Shown here piece by piece: positions 19,346 to 28,241 of a DNA stretch of 64,000 nt (positions within the stretch are counted from its first letter, which is position 1; every line of letters begins with the position of its first letter). Where the stretch lies: the NCBI GenBank assembly GCA_904420125.1, contig CAJFUK010000053.1, forward strand, positions 1-64,000. The letters are read 5' to 3'. The notes beneath the pieces are model-generated. The model searched no databases, had not been told where the DNA came from, and saw nothing but the letters and a program-made list of their open reading frames with translations. Position numbers and translations under genes: made by a program. This DNA is from Candidatus Falkowella caecavicola. Lineage in GTDB: Bacteria > Bacillota > Clostridia > Oscillospirales > Ruminococcaceae.

Positions 19346-20106
19346 ATAAACACCTCCCCGATCAGCCAGAAAATTCCCAGCAGCACTGGCTGATGGATCA
19401 GATAAATCCACAAGGTATGCCGCCCGCAGGCCGCTAAAAATCTGCAATGCGTACGGTAAAAAAATGTCGGCAGACATTTCCGGCGCAGATAAATCCCAAT
19501 ATAGGTTCCCGCCATAAACAAAAGTCCCCACGGGATCAGTGGAAAATAATCAGATGAAAAAAAGCTTTCCCCATGCAGCCCCAGCCAGAACAGCCAATCT
19601 GTCTCATACCAGGACGCCGGCAGAGAAATGAGCGGAACTCCCAACACACCGATATATCCATGCGGCAGACCGTACCCGGCAATAAACAGCAAGCCAAAGA
19701 CCCCCACTCCCACCCCGGCCGGGATCCTGTCCATCCATTTCTGAAGCAGACCAAAAAGAAGCATACAGATTCCCAACAGATGCAGGATTCCAAAAATGAT
19801 CCGTTCTGCAGGAAGTACGAGCCAAGTCACTGCGGTTAGAAGCAGTCCCAAACACAAGCACCAAAATCCACGACGGATATTGCTGCGGGAAAAACGGCTG
19901 ACCATCCCGGAAATCAGAATAAATACCCCGGCAAAAATATCCCGTACAGCATTTAACCAGGGGCTATAGAAAACAGGAATATTGATATGGAACAGACTCA
20001 CCAGATCATATGCTGCATGATAAACCACCATGCACAGGATAGCAAACCCCCGCACCTCATCCAGGAACCCGACTCGCTCTACTGTTTTCCCCCGACTTTC
20101 CGCCAT
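19342..20106 (-). CDS. Polytopic membrane protein, DUF1624 / heparan-alpha-glucosaminide N-acetyltransferase-like family.
   Basis: Hydrophobicity pattern and N-terminal RVGFLDEVRGFAILCMVVYH motif. Confidence 0.5.
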   Translation of the reverse strand: MAESRGKTVERVGFLDEVRGFAILCMVVYHAAYDLVSLFHINIPVFYSPWLNAVRDIFAGVFILISGMVSRFSRSNIRRGFWCLCLGLLLTAVTWLVLPAERIIFGILHLLGICMLLFGLLQKWMDRIPAGVGVGVFGLLFIAGYGLPHGYIGVLGVPLISLPASWYETDWLFWLGLHGESFFSSDYFPLIPWGLLFMAGTYIGIYLRRKCLPTFFYRTHCRFLAACGRHTLWIYLIHQPVLLGIFWLIGEVFM

Positions 20107-20110
20107 CTGA

Positions 20111-20671
20111 TCAAAGCACCTCCTGCTTTTGTTGTTCCAATAGATATTTCACCTTTAAAATGGCAGCCTGTGTCTTGGCATCCTTGATTTCCCCGCGCAG
20201 AATCATCTGCACGGCCTGGTCAAGCGGTATTTTTTCCACATCTAAAAATTCATCTTCATCCAACCGCTGGACCGCCTGTTCCAGCTTTACTGCCAGATAC
20301 ATATAAATGACCTCATCGGTATAACCCGGAGAAGGATATAATTCACCCAGAGATATGTACTCTGCCGCTTGCATCCCCGTTTCCTCAGTCAATTCTCTTT
20401 TTCCGCAAACAAGCGGATCTTCACCCGGTTCCCGCTTGCCCGCCGGCAGTTCCAACACCATTTCCCCATATGGATAGCGAAATTGACGTACCATATAAAT
20501 ACATTGATCCTCTGTCAATGCCGCAATACAAACGCCGCCCGGATGGGTTACATATTCCCGGTATGTGTGTTTACCATTTTCCAGTTCTACCTGATCCCGA
20601 TACATGGAAATAATCCGGCCTTTGTAAAACTGTTCACTGGAAATTTTCTTTTCAAAATGCTGCATATCCAT
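20111..20671 (-). CDS. NUDIX hydrolase (ADP-ribose pyrophosphatase-like).
   Basis: Nudix box GKREPGEDPLVCGKRELTEETGM. Confidence 0.8.
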   Translation of the reverse strand: MDMQHFEKKISSEQFYKGRIISMYRDQVELENGKHTYREYVTHPGGVCIAALTEDQCIYMVRQFRYPYGEMVLELPAGKREPGEDPLVCGKRELTEETGMQAAEYISLGELYPSPGYTDEVIYMYLAVKLEQAVQRLDEDEFLDVEKIPLDQAVQMILRGEIKDAKTQAAILKVKYLLEQQKQEVL

Positions 20672-20768
20672 CTGCCTTTCTATACTTTAGATCGTTTCAT
20701 AAATTTGCATCAGGCTCCATATACATATCTAAGAATTATGATTATGGTACAATCAAGGGGGAAATTCC

Positions 20769-21704
20769 ATGGAGTCCGTTCTGCATACTGCCGCTTCCCT
20801 GCCAGATCCGTCATTTTATCAACATCCGCCTGCGTTTAACAAACTACAGCAGAAAATTTTGTCCTTGTCCAGCCAATATGCCGCTTTAAAAAGCTTCAGC
20901 ATCGGCCGAAGCGTTCTGGGACGAAAAATCTATGCGCTCGGATTAGGCGATTTACGCAACGCCGTACTGTTTGCTGCTGCGTTTCACGGCCAGGAATGGC
21001 TGACCACCCTGCTTTGTGTCCGTTTTGTCGAAGAACTTTGCCGTGCACTGCAAAATAAACAGCCATTGTTTGGTATCCAACCGGAGCATATATTTGATGG
21101 CCGGGGGCTGATCGTCCTGCCGATGGTTAACCCGGACGGCGTTGAAATCGCCCTACACGGTGCAGCCAGTGCCAAACGCCTGAAAAAGCAGGTCGAAGCC
21201 ATCATGCGAAAGGATCCGCGAAGCTGGCAGGCAAATGCCTGTGGCGTTGATCTCAACCATAATTTTGACGCTGGATTTTCTATTCTGCGCCAAATGGAAG
21301 AGGAAGCCGGTATTCACGGACCATCTCCCCGGCAATACGGAGGTCCCCGTCCACACTCTGAACCGGAAACCCGTGCAGTTGCCAGTCTCTGTATGGGTTT
21401 TGGGATCCGGCGTGTCCTGGCATTTCACTCCCAGGGAGAAGAAATCTACTATTCCTATGGCGACCGTACGCCGGAAAATGCTAAAATCATTGCCGACGCG
21501 ATGGCCGCATCCTCCGGATATCGCGTATGTGTACCCGACGGTCTCGCTTCACATGGAGGGTTTAAAGACTGGTTTATTGAAAAATTTGGACGTCCAGGGT
21601 TTACGATTGAAATCGGCAAAGGAGAAAACCCGCTGCCTGTCCAGGACCTGGAGCCAATCTATGCCCGGTTATTTGAAATGATGCTGCTCAGCATCCTCAT
21701 TTAG
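20769..21704 (+). CDS. M14-family zinc carboxypeptidase / gamma-D-glutamyl-meso-diaminopimelate peptidase-like.
   Basis: HGQE zinc-binding motif and M14-like downstream motifs. Confidence 0.75.
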   Translation: MESVLHTAASLPDPSFYQHPPAFNKLQQKILSLSSQYAALKSFSIGRSVLGRKIYALGLGDLRNAVLFAAAFHGQEWLTTLLCVRFVEELCRALQNKQPLFGIQPEHIFDGRGLIVLPMVNPDGVEIALHGAASAKRLKKQVEAIMRKDPRSWQANACGVDLNHNFDAGFSILRQMEEEAGIHGPSPRQYGGPRPHSEPETRAVASLCMGFGIRRVLAFHSQGEEIYYSYGDRTPENAKIIADAMAASSGYRVCVPDGLASHGGFKDWFIEKFGRPGFTIEIGKGENPLPVQDLEPIYARLFEMMLLSILI

Positions 21705-22125
21705 CCTTTGAGGAAGGCTTTTTAAAAATAAAGAGTTTGCTAAACAGATAGTTTAAGATGATTACCAGAACATTGGATAAAATTTTCATCAGCATTTCAT
21801 GCCAGTGAAGGATATCCACAAACAGATACATGATCCCCAGATCCAACAACCCTGAAAAAAGCCGCGCAGCAAAAAAAGCGCCGATTTCAGGAAACATCAC
21901 CTTTGGGGCAAAGGAACGGCTTTCAAAGACAAACAGTTTGTTTGTCACATAGGCAAAGATCACGGACACAAACCACGCCAGAATGGTAGAAACCACAAGA
22001 TCCCAGAGAAATAAGTTCCGGGAAACCCAGAAAAATACGATATTCACCAACGTGGTCAGCCCGCCGAACAACAGGTACAAAAACGGTTCCCGATATTTTT
22101 GATAAAGTGTCCATAGTTTCTGCAT
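21697..22125 (-). CDS. GtrA-family membrane protein.
   Basis: Four TM helices. GtrA-like sequence pattern. Confidence 0.7.
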   Translation of the reverse strand: MQKLWTLYQKYREPFLYLLFGGLTTLVNIVFFWVSRNLFLWDLVVSTILAWFVSVIFAYVTNKLFVFESRSFAPKVMFPEIGAFFAARLFSGLLDLGIMYLFVDILHWHEMLMKILSNVLVIILNYLFSKLFIFKKPSSKAK

Positions 22126-22250
22126 AAGCGGTCCTCTTTTTCTGATTGATCATTTATTACAAAGCGGAACCGGGATCCCGGTTCCGCCCTTTTGATATTT
22201 TACCACGATTGTGTGTATCACGCAAGTTTTATATTGAAAACAGCTTGTTT

Positions 22251-23486
22251 TTATACCGTTTCCCGCTCCGCAGAAAAAAGCGCCAGATCCGGACACCGGC
22301 CTTCCAGGTAAAGCTGCAGCAGCAACCGGCTTCCGATTTCTGCCTGTACCGCACGATTGACTCCAGCCGTATAATGCAGATAAATATTTTTGCGACCCGG
22401 CGCATAGCCGAAAACAGGCAGCGTATCTCCAGTTTTCGGCAGATAACCTGCATACCGGTATTCAGCTTCCAGTTTGGGAATGCCGCAGAACATTTCGGAA
22501 AGTTTCTGTTCCATTTCCTGATATCGTATATCAAACAGCCTGTTCATATGCAAAACCCTGGAGATTCTTCCTCTCTCTGACGCCAGCAGGCTTTCACCGC
22601 CGCAGATAAAAAGCCGCTTATCACGAGTAGAGCGGAGATAATAAGGCGTTTGGGTTTCCGCACGGATCACAGGGCAGTCTGTATAGCCTGGGAATGCCTC
22701 AACCGGCTTAGTAACCAGATAAAAGCTGGTTCGTTTTGAAGAAATTCCCCAGACATTTTTATTGGGTGCCAGCCCGGTAGCCAATATAGCTTTTTTAGCC
22801 CGTATTTTTCGGAAAGCCGTGGTTTCTGCAAACACACCGTCTCCCTCTTCAAATAGCGTCTGTACCGGCGTGTTTTCATAAATCCGAGCGCCTCGTTTTT
22901 CCGCCGCCGCGAGCAGTGCATGCATAAACAGATAGCTGTCTATCTCTCCGGCTAAGCCCTTAGATAAAATCCCCGCCTGCACCGGAAAGGAGAAGCGGTC
23001 CATCGCCGTATCCCGGTCAATGTAGGTTACGTCAAATCCGTTATGCCGGCGCATCAGGTATTCTGTATGAAACTGGTCTGCCTGTTCCGGTTTGTTGGTA
23101 TAATAAAATCCGTCCCGTCTGGTAAAACCCGCAGCCGGAAAAGAAAGCGCGAGGTTTTCCAGATTCCCGATGGCTTCCTGTTGCATTTTGTAGACCTGCA
23201 CCGCATTTTCCCGGCCAATCTGTTTCATCAGTCCGGAAAGATTGTTTTCCGTCTCATAAAGCAGTATCCCACCCGATAAAGCAGTTCCCCCATAACCCGC
23301 CGGATCGGTTCCAGCCAAAACCACGCTGACACCGGCATCCGCAAAGCGATAAGCCAGCAGCGCGGCTGAGAATCCGTTTCCAATAATGAGTACGTCGCAG
23401 CTCTCATCATAGGAAAGCCATGGGTAAATACAGGGCGCTGTCTGTATACTGGTGAAATATGGACGGCCGTTGATTAACTGGGACAT
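22251..23486 (-). CDS. FAD-dependent oxidoreductase (DAO-like). Start placed at the internal Met with an AAAGGAGGG RBS.
   Basis: N-terminal dinucleotide-binding motif VLIIGNGFSAALLA. Confidence 0.6.
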   Translation of the reverse strand: MSQLINGRPYFTSIQTAPCIYPWLSYDESCDVLIIGNGFSAALLAYRFADAGVSVVLAGTDPAGYGGTALSGGILLYETENNLSGLMKQIGRENAVQVYKMQQEAIGNLENLALSFPAAGFTRRDGFYYTNKPEQADQFHTEYLMRRHNGFDVTYIDRDTAMDRFSFPVQAGILSKGLAGEIDSYLFMHALLAAAEKRGARIYENTPVQTLFEEGDGVFAETTAFRKIRAKKAILATGLAPNKNVWGISSKRTSFYLVTKPVEAFPGYTDCPVIRAETQTPYYLRSTRDKRLFICGGESLLASERGRISRVLHMNRLFDIRYQEMEQKLSEMFCGIPKLEAEYRYAGYLPKTGDTLPVFGYAPGRKNIYLHYTAGVNRAVQAEIGSRLLLQLYLEGRCPDLALFSAERETV

Positions 23487-23607
23487 AAGCCCCCTCCTTT
23501 GCATGTCCTGTCTCTTTTCTTTCAGTATACGCCTGTCCAACAATTTTTATGCAGTTGTCACACACGTCCGCCGTTTATTTTTCCCGGAAGGCGGGATCAT
23601 CCGGACC

Positions 23608-24360
23608 CTATCCCAACTCCGACAGGAACAAAGCGTCGAGTTTTGCCCAATCACGGGGTGCTTCCGCAGGGAGTACAGCGATGCGCTGCTTGATGTCGGC
23701 AATGCTTGTATCCAGATACCGATTGAGAGAATCGATCCGGTCAATTTGCTGTACCTCCGGCGCATGGATTTTCATTTCCAGCAGATCTTCCACAATCACC
23801 CGCAGCCTGCCATCCAGCTGGCTGTCCATTAATTCCGTAAACAGCATGGGCGGCGGCGTGCCCTTCTCCAGAATCCAACGGCAGGCCAGAACGGGCCGTA
23901 GTACGTAAAAGTATTTCTTTGCCTTGACCCGATCGCCGTGCAGATATTCCCGGTTATTGTTTTCCGCCATGCTGATGTAATGCCATAAGCTGTTTTTGGA
24001 AGAAAAATACTCCTGCATCAAAGACTTAAACCGGCTGGCAAACGGGCTGGTCTGATAGATGATCGGCGAAGAAAACCATTCAAAAACAGTCGGGTTTGAT
24101 TTGTGCAGCAGCCGCAGGGTTTTGTTAAGATCCCAGCCGTTGATATCAAGCAGGTCATGGATGGGATATTCGAGGACATCCCTGGATTTTTCCAGCTTGA
24201 GATAGTATTCCCGCGGACGAACATAGATAAAACGCACATCGTAGTCGCTGTCAGGAGAAGCGAATCCCCATGCGCGGCTGCCGGATTCTACAGCAAGAAG
24301 GATGCGGCAGTTTTCCTTTCTTTCAATTTCACACAGCTTTTTTTGAATTTCTGCTTTCAT
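23608..24360 (-). CDS. Pol-beta-superfamily nucleotidyltransferase (RlaP/COG3541-like 'predicted nucleotidyltransferase'), encoded immediately downstream of rtcB.
   Basis: NTase motif GSRAWGFASPDSDYDV (GS...DxD). Operon position with rtcB. Confidence 0.6.
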   Translation of the reverse strand: MKAEIQKKLCEIERKENCRILLAVESGSRAWGFASPDSDYDVRFIYVRPREYYLKLEKSRDVLEYPIHDLLDINGWDLNKTLRLLHKSNPTVFEWFSSPIIYQTSPFASRFKSLMQEYFSSKNSLWHYISMAENNNREYLHGDRVKAKKYFYVLRPVLACRWILEKGTPPPMLFTELMDSQLDGRLRVIVEDLLEMKIHAPEVQQIDRIDSLNRYLDTSIADIKQRIAVLPAEAPRDWAKLDALFLSELG

Positions 24361-24423
24361 GTTTCCCCTTCTTTCTTGTTAGTAAGATGACGACGCCATA
24401 TGTCTGCCTGTCCCCACCCCGTT

Positions 24424-25626
24424 TTAGTCTGCCGCCTTGTAATTGTAAACGGGTCGAATATGTTTGACAATTTCGGCGGTCGGTCCGATCTGACGGACAA
24501 TTTCATCCATCCGTTTATAAGCCATAGGCGACTCGTCCAGGGTATCGGGCAGTACACAGGTTGTATAAATACCCTCCATCTCCGCTTTGAACGCATCCAT
24601 CGTCAGGGATTGGAACGCCATCCTGCGGCTCATTAGCCGGCCTGCGCCATGCGGCGCGGAATAATTCCAATCTTCATTGCCCTTTCCCAGACAAATCAGG
24701 CTGCCATCGCGCATGTTGATGGGAATCAGCAGCTTTTCTCCTTTCCCGGCCGAAACGCTTCCTTTGCGCAGGATCATCGTCTCGGTATCTATATAGTTAT
24801 GAATGGTCGTAAATTCTTCTCTGCGTCCAAGCCCCAGCTTTGTCAGGATCACATCGGTCATGGCCTTCCGATTAAGCACGGCAAAATGCTGGATGATCTT
24901 CATGTCGTGAATATAGTCTTCAAACAGTTGTCCCTCCACATAGGCCAAATCCTTTGGAATCTCAATCCGGTGTTCCTTTTTCAGCTTTTGGATCGTGGGC
25001 TGGATCTCCTGAAAACGGCCCTGCTCTTTAAGCGTCTGAATCACCTTCTGGATCTGATGGCTGGCACCGCCCCAAAGCGCACGCCTTCCCTCATCCTGAT
25101 AAAAATTTGCCACTTCCGTGCCGAGATGACGGCTGCCGGAGTGAATAATCAGATAAAGCATGCCGTCGTCGTCCCGATCCACTTCAATAAAATGGTTGCC
25201 GCCGCCCAACGTGCCGATGCTGTGCCTGGCCCGGTCCAGATTGATCTGATCCGCACAGCGCAGCGCAGGCAGATCGATCTCCTGGTTCAGCGGATGTATC
25301 TCTGTGCGTACATTCCGTCCGGAAGGGACGTTTTCGCGGATTACCCGGTCCAATGCTTCAAAGTCAATCGTTTTCTCTTCCAGCAGGACTGTCTCCATGC
25401 CGCAGCCAATGTCCACTCCTACCATGCCGGGCACGATTTTGTCTTTAATGGTCATTGTAGTACCAATGGTGCATCCCTTGCCGGCATGTACGTCCGGCAT
25501 AATACGGATTCTGGAACCGGCAAATGCCTCCTGGTCACATACATCCTGAATCTGCTGCGCAGCAGCATCTTCCAGTGTCTCGCAGAAGCACTTGGCGGTG
25601 TTGTATAAACCTTCAATCTGGATCAT
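24424..25626 (-). CDS. rtcB: RNA-splicing ligase RtcB (3'-phosphate/2',3'-cyclic phosphate RNA ligase).
   Basis: RtcB signature motifs read in the translation: PDVHAGKGCTIG, GGGNHFIE, SGSRHLG, HGAGR. Confidence 0.9.
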   Translation of the reverse strand: MIQIEGLYNTAKCFCETLEDAAAQQIQDVCDQEAFAGSRIRIMPDVHAGKGCTIGTTMTIKDKIVPGMVGVDIGCGMETVLLEEKTIDFEALDRVIRENVPSGRNVRTEIHPLNQEIDLPALRCADQINLDRARHSIGTLGGGNHFIEVDRDDDGMLYLIIHSGSRHLGTEVANFYQDEGRRALWGGASHQIQKVIQTLKEQGRFQEIQPTIQKLKKEHRIEIPKDLAYVEGQLFEDYIHDMKIIQHFAVLNRKAMTDVILTKLGLGRREEFTTIHNYIDTETMILRKGSVSAGKGEKLLIPINMRDGSLICLGKGNEDWNYSAPHGAGRLMSRRMAFQSLTMDAFKAEMEGIYTTCVLPDTLDESPMAYKRMDEIVRQIGPTAEIVKHIRPVYNYKAAD

Positions 25627-25683
25627 CTGAAATTCCCCCTTGAAAAACCGAATGTTCTGTATACTCTGTATGTCTCATCCTTT

Positions 25684-26787
25684 TCAGGATGCCCGGCCTT
25701 TTAAAAGGCTACTGAGCTGTGTCAGTATGTCGCCTGTACCGTTTAAACTGATGTTCCCGACATTTTCACAGATCCTTTCGATGTATTCCATCTCTTTCAG
25801 GCGCAAAAGCGTCTGGTTTTCATCCATCAGTTTTGCCGTATTCAGCAGACTCCGGGTAGAGGCCACCTCTTCGCGGCGGGTAATCACGTTGGCCTGCGCT
25901 CTTTTTTCAGCTACAAGGACCGTATTCATGATATCACGGATCTCACCTGGCAGGATAATATCTTTAACGCCTCCATCGGCAATCTCCAGATAAAACGCAG
26001 CTGCTTTCTCTCTGCACCGTGCCAGTACATATGCGGAGATCTGCTCTTTATTTTCCAGAATTTCATCCAGCGTCTGCTTGCCGACATACTCCCGCATGGC
26101 AAGTTGCACGGCAACATGCAGCTGCTCTGCGTAATCGTCGATTTCTGTCAGCACCTTCACATAATCGGTAATCCGGTAGGTGCATACAAAGTTTATGCGC
26201 AGGCTGACTTTGTCTCTGATCAGGATCTCCTGACCGGTGATGTTCATCTGCGTCAGTCGGATATCCACAAAACTGACGTCAATCCGGATGTTGTTTTTCC
26301 AGAAATAATAGGTTCCGGCATCCAGCACCCGTTCCAGCTTCTGATTAAAATAAAGCCTGGCTTTCTGATATTCCGCCACCTGGACCTTGGTATAGAAACT
26401 GGCGGGCAGCATCTCGAAAATGTAATCAGGAACCTCCGGAGAAACCAGCGGGCTGGAGATATCGACCAGTTGAAAACGGTGTTGCTGTAATCCGTTCCAG
26501 AAGGCATATTTGCCCTTGCTCAGTGCGCTGCAGAACTTACCGTCGACAAAATGCAGCGCCAGCTGCTGGTCTGCCACTTCCACAACGGTGGTCTGCCGTG
26601 CAATTTCTGTTTTTTTGAGCAGGATATCCAGCGACGCTCTACTGGAATACAACGGTTCCTCTACGGCAAGGACCTCAATCTCGCGCCCGCCAAAACAATA
26701 GTATTTCCCAGTGCCGAGCAGCTTGACAAAACGGCCGTTTTGAAACAGCAGTCCCTTCTGATTTTCGTTGATTGTAATGGTTTTCAT
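25684..26787 (-). CDS. SPFH/band-7 (stomatin/slipin-like) domain protein with an N-terminal extension of about 150 aa. First gene of the SPFH-rtcB-NTase operon.
   Basis: C-terminal SPFH-like region. GGAGG RBS. 57-bp gap to rtcB. Confidence 0.65.
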   Translation of the reverse strand: MKTITINENQKGLLFQNGRFVKLLGTGKYYCFGGREIEVLAVEEPLYSSRASLDILLKKTEIARQTTVVEVADQQLALHFVDGKFCSALSKGKYAFWNGLQQHRFQLVDISSPLVSPEVPDYIFEMLPASFYTKVQVAEYQKARLYFNQKLERVLDAGTYYFWKNNIRIDVSFVDIRLTQMNITGQEILIRDKVSLRINFVCTYRITDYVKVLTEIDDYAEQLHVAVQLAMREYVGKQTLDEILENKEQISAYVLARCREKAAAFYLEIADGGVKDIILPGEIRDIMNTVLVAEKRAQANVITRREEVASTRSLLNTAKLMDENQTLLRLKEMEYIERICENVGNISLNGTGDILTQLSSLLKGRAS

Positions 26788-27085
26788 ATGTATAATCCTC
26801 CTTCAAGGTAAATTGTCGGTAGCACTTTCCCAAATGAACGGCGCACGGCCGATACGTTTAGTGCAGCAGTTCGGGCGGCGGAAAGTCCATACTTCTGGCC
26901 GGCCGTATGCATACACGGTATCCTGCATCGGGCAGGGTGCGGCGATCATTGCTTTACCGACGCTTCAGGACCGGCATTCCGCCGTACCCGTCGCACAAAG
27001 GGTCAAGCGAGCGGGAAAATGCAGATGATGAGCAGTTCAGAATATGAACCGCGGTTTAGCCGTTTCCGGCAATACCAAATCCACT

Positions 27086-27200
27086 TGGCCACATGTAGCA
27101 TGTGGGCAGGATTCGAACCTGCGATTATTTGGGGAGTCGAACCCCGTCGCGTACCTGCGATTGCCCTGGGCTGCATTGTGCAGCTTCATGCAGTGTCCTT
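27086..27200 (-). ncRNA. Candidate tRNA-like non-coding RNA element. Two consecutive stem-loops carry the tRNA TΨC-arm consensus (ACGGGGTTCGACTCCCC and GCAGGTTCGAATCCTGC on the minus strand). No complete cloverleaf could be built by hand, and no anticodon arm or acceptor/CCA end was found.
   Basis: GGTTCGAnTCC motifs within 5-bp stems in a roughly 540-bp non-coding region (26790-27330) directly upstream of the SPFH-rtcB operon. Only short, overlapping ORFs without RBS sit here. Confidence 0.3.
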
Positions 27201-27311
27201 TGGCATACGCTCTGGAAACTCCTCGCGCACCGCTGTGAAAAATGTCAGTCACAAGCATTTTGGACCCTGCAAATAGATCATAGCAAATCTTTCCTCTATA
27301 TTCACGGAAAA

Positions 27312-27358
27312 AAAGTTGCGAACTCTTTTTCAGAGTTCGCAACTTGACTGTTTTTTTA
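27312..27358. terminator. Bidirectional rho-independent terminator (AGTTGCGAACTC-ttttTC-AGAGTTCGCAACT flanked by T-runs). It overlaps the last codons of the WYL gene.
   Basis: Perfect 12-bp stem. TTTTTTT follows on both strands. Confidence 0.75.
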
Positions 27359-28241
27359 AACGTTCCCGTAACAATTCAATAAAATGATCCGGGGATATCA
27401 CCTGAATCATGGGGCCAAATGAAAGGACGCGAATCAACAGTTCGGTTTCGTCATCCTTCTCATAGCGCAGCGTAACCCGGTATTCATACTCGCTCAGCCG
27501 GACAGTTTCTTTTTCAAAATGGGAAAAATGAAGCAGCGCGCGTTCCAGCGTATTTCGTTCATCCTGTAAAATAAACGTCAGTGTTCTACACCTCGGCTGC
27601 GGCTCATGGAATCCGCCCATATCTGTCTGTTCCAGTAAATCGCAATGCTGAATACGGGCCATGTTGATGATATACCGTTTCCCTTTGCCCACGGCCAGTA
27701 TACGGAATTTATCGTCCTTTTCCGAATATTCCAGCCGGTAAGGCATGCAGACGACGCAGCAGGGGGCTGTCCTGCCCTGATAACGCAGACGTATGCTGCG
27801 CCGTTCCTTTACAGCCTGCAACACAAACCGGAATACTTCCCTGTAGACTGCATCCCCATAGGGATCTCCGTCCAGATACTGGTCAAAGTATACGATATCA
27901 TCCAGGTTAAAAAGCGGCTCTGTATCCTCAAGCCCGTTCATATCAGGCGCAAACAGTGCGATTCTGGCATCCTGCAACAGTGTTTTCAACCAGCGCTTCT
28001 GGAGAGAAGTCAGCGGCATGGACGGTGGATGTTGTATAGGCGTCGTAAGGTCGTTTTTCAGAAGCGGCCATTTTTTCCGGAGCGCAGCAGGGATCGAAAG
28101 ACTGCTTTCGGCAAAAGCTTTTTCCCGAATGATTTGATCGAGCTTATCACCGGTCAGCGTATGTTCCGCCGCCTCCTTCAGGATAGCCGCCACAGTGTTA
28201 AAATAACTGCTGTATATCTCGCTAAACAGCGTCGTCCTCAC
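27330..28241 (-). CDS. WYL-domain transcriptional regulator (HTH-WYL-C-terminal extension architecture), downstream member of an overlapping pair.
   Basis: WYL-like core P.RLEY......FRILA.......R.....ARI. It overlaps the upstream WYL gene by 20 bp. Confidence 0.6.
   Translation of the reverse strand: MRTTLFSEIYSSYFNTVAAILKEAAEHTLTGDKLDQIIREKAFAESSLSIPAALRKKWPLLKNDLTTPIQHPPSMPLTSLQKRWLKTLLQDARIALFAPDMNGLEDTEPLFNLDDIVYFDQYLDGDPYGDAVYREVFRFVLQAVKERRSIRLRYQGRTAPCCVVCMPYRLEYSEKDDKFRILAVGKGKRYIINMARIQHCDLLEQTDMGGFHEPQPRCRTLTFILQDERNTLERALLHFSHFEKETVRLSEYEYRVTLRYEKDDETELLIRVLSFGPMIQVISPDHFIELLRERLKKQSSCEL

Noticed and set aside
26870-26900. GGAAAGTCC-like motif reminiscent of the RNase P RNA P4 region
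   Set aside because: Only the 9-mer matches. The flanking sequence does not continue the RNase P consensus (GGGCTCC / ACAGAA...CCGGCTTA).
26800-27450. tmRNA (ssrA) hypothesis for the T-arm-containing non-coding region
   Set aside because: A tmRNA of about 350 nt on the minus strand with its T-arm at 27105-27125 would extend into the WYL CDS beyond 27330. No 5' GGGG...3' acceptor pairing, CCA end or tag-peptide reading frame could be found.
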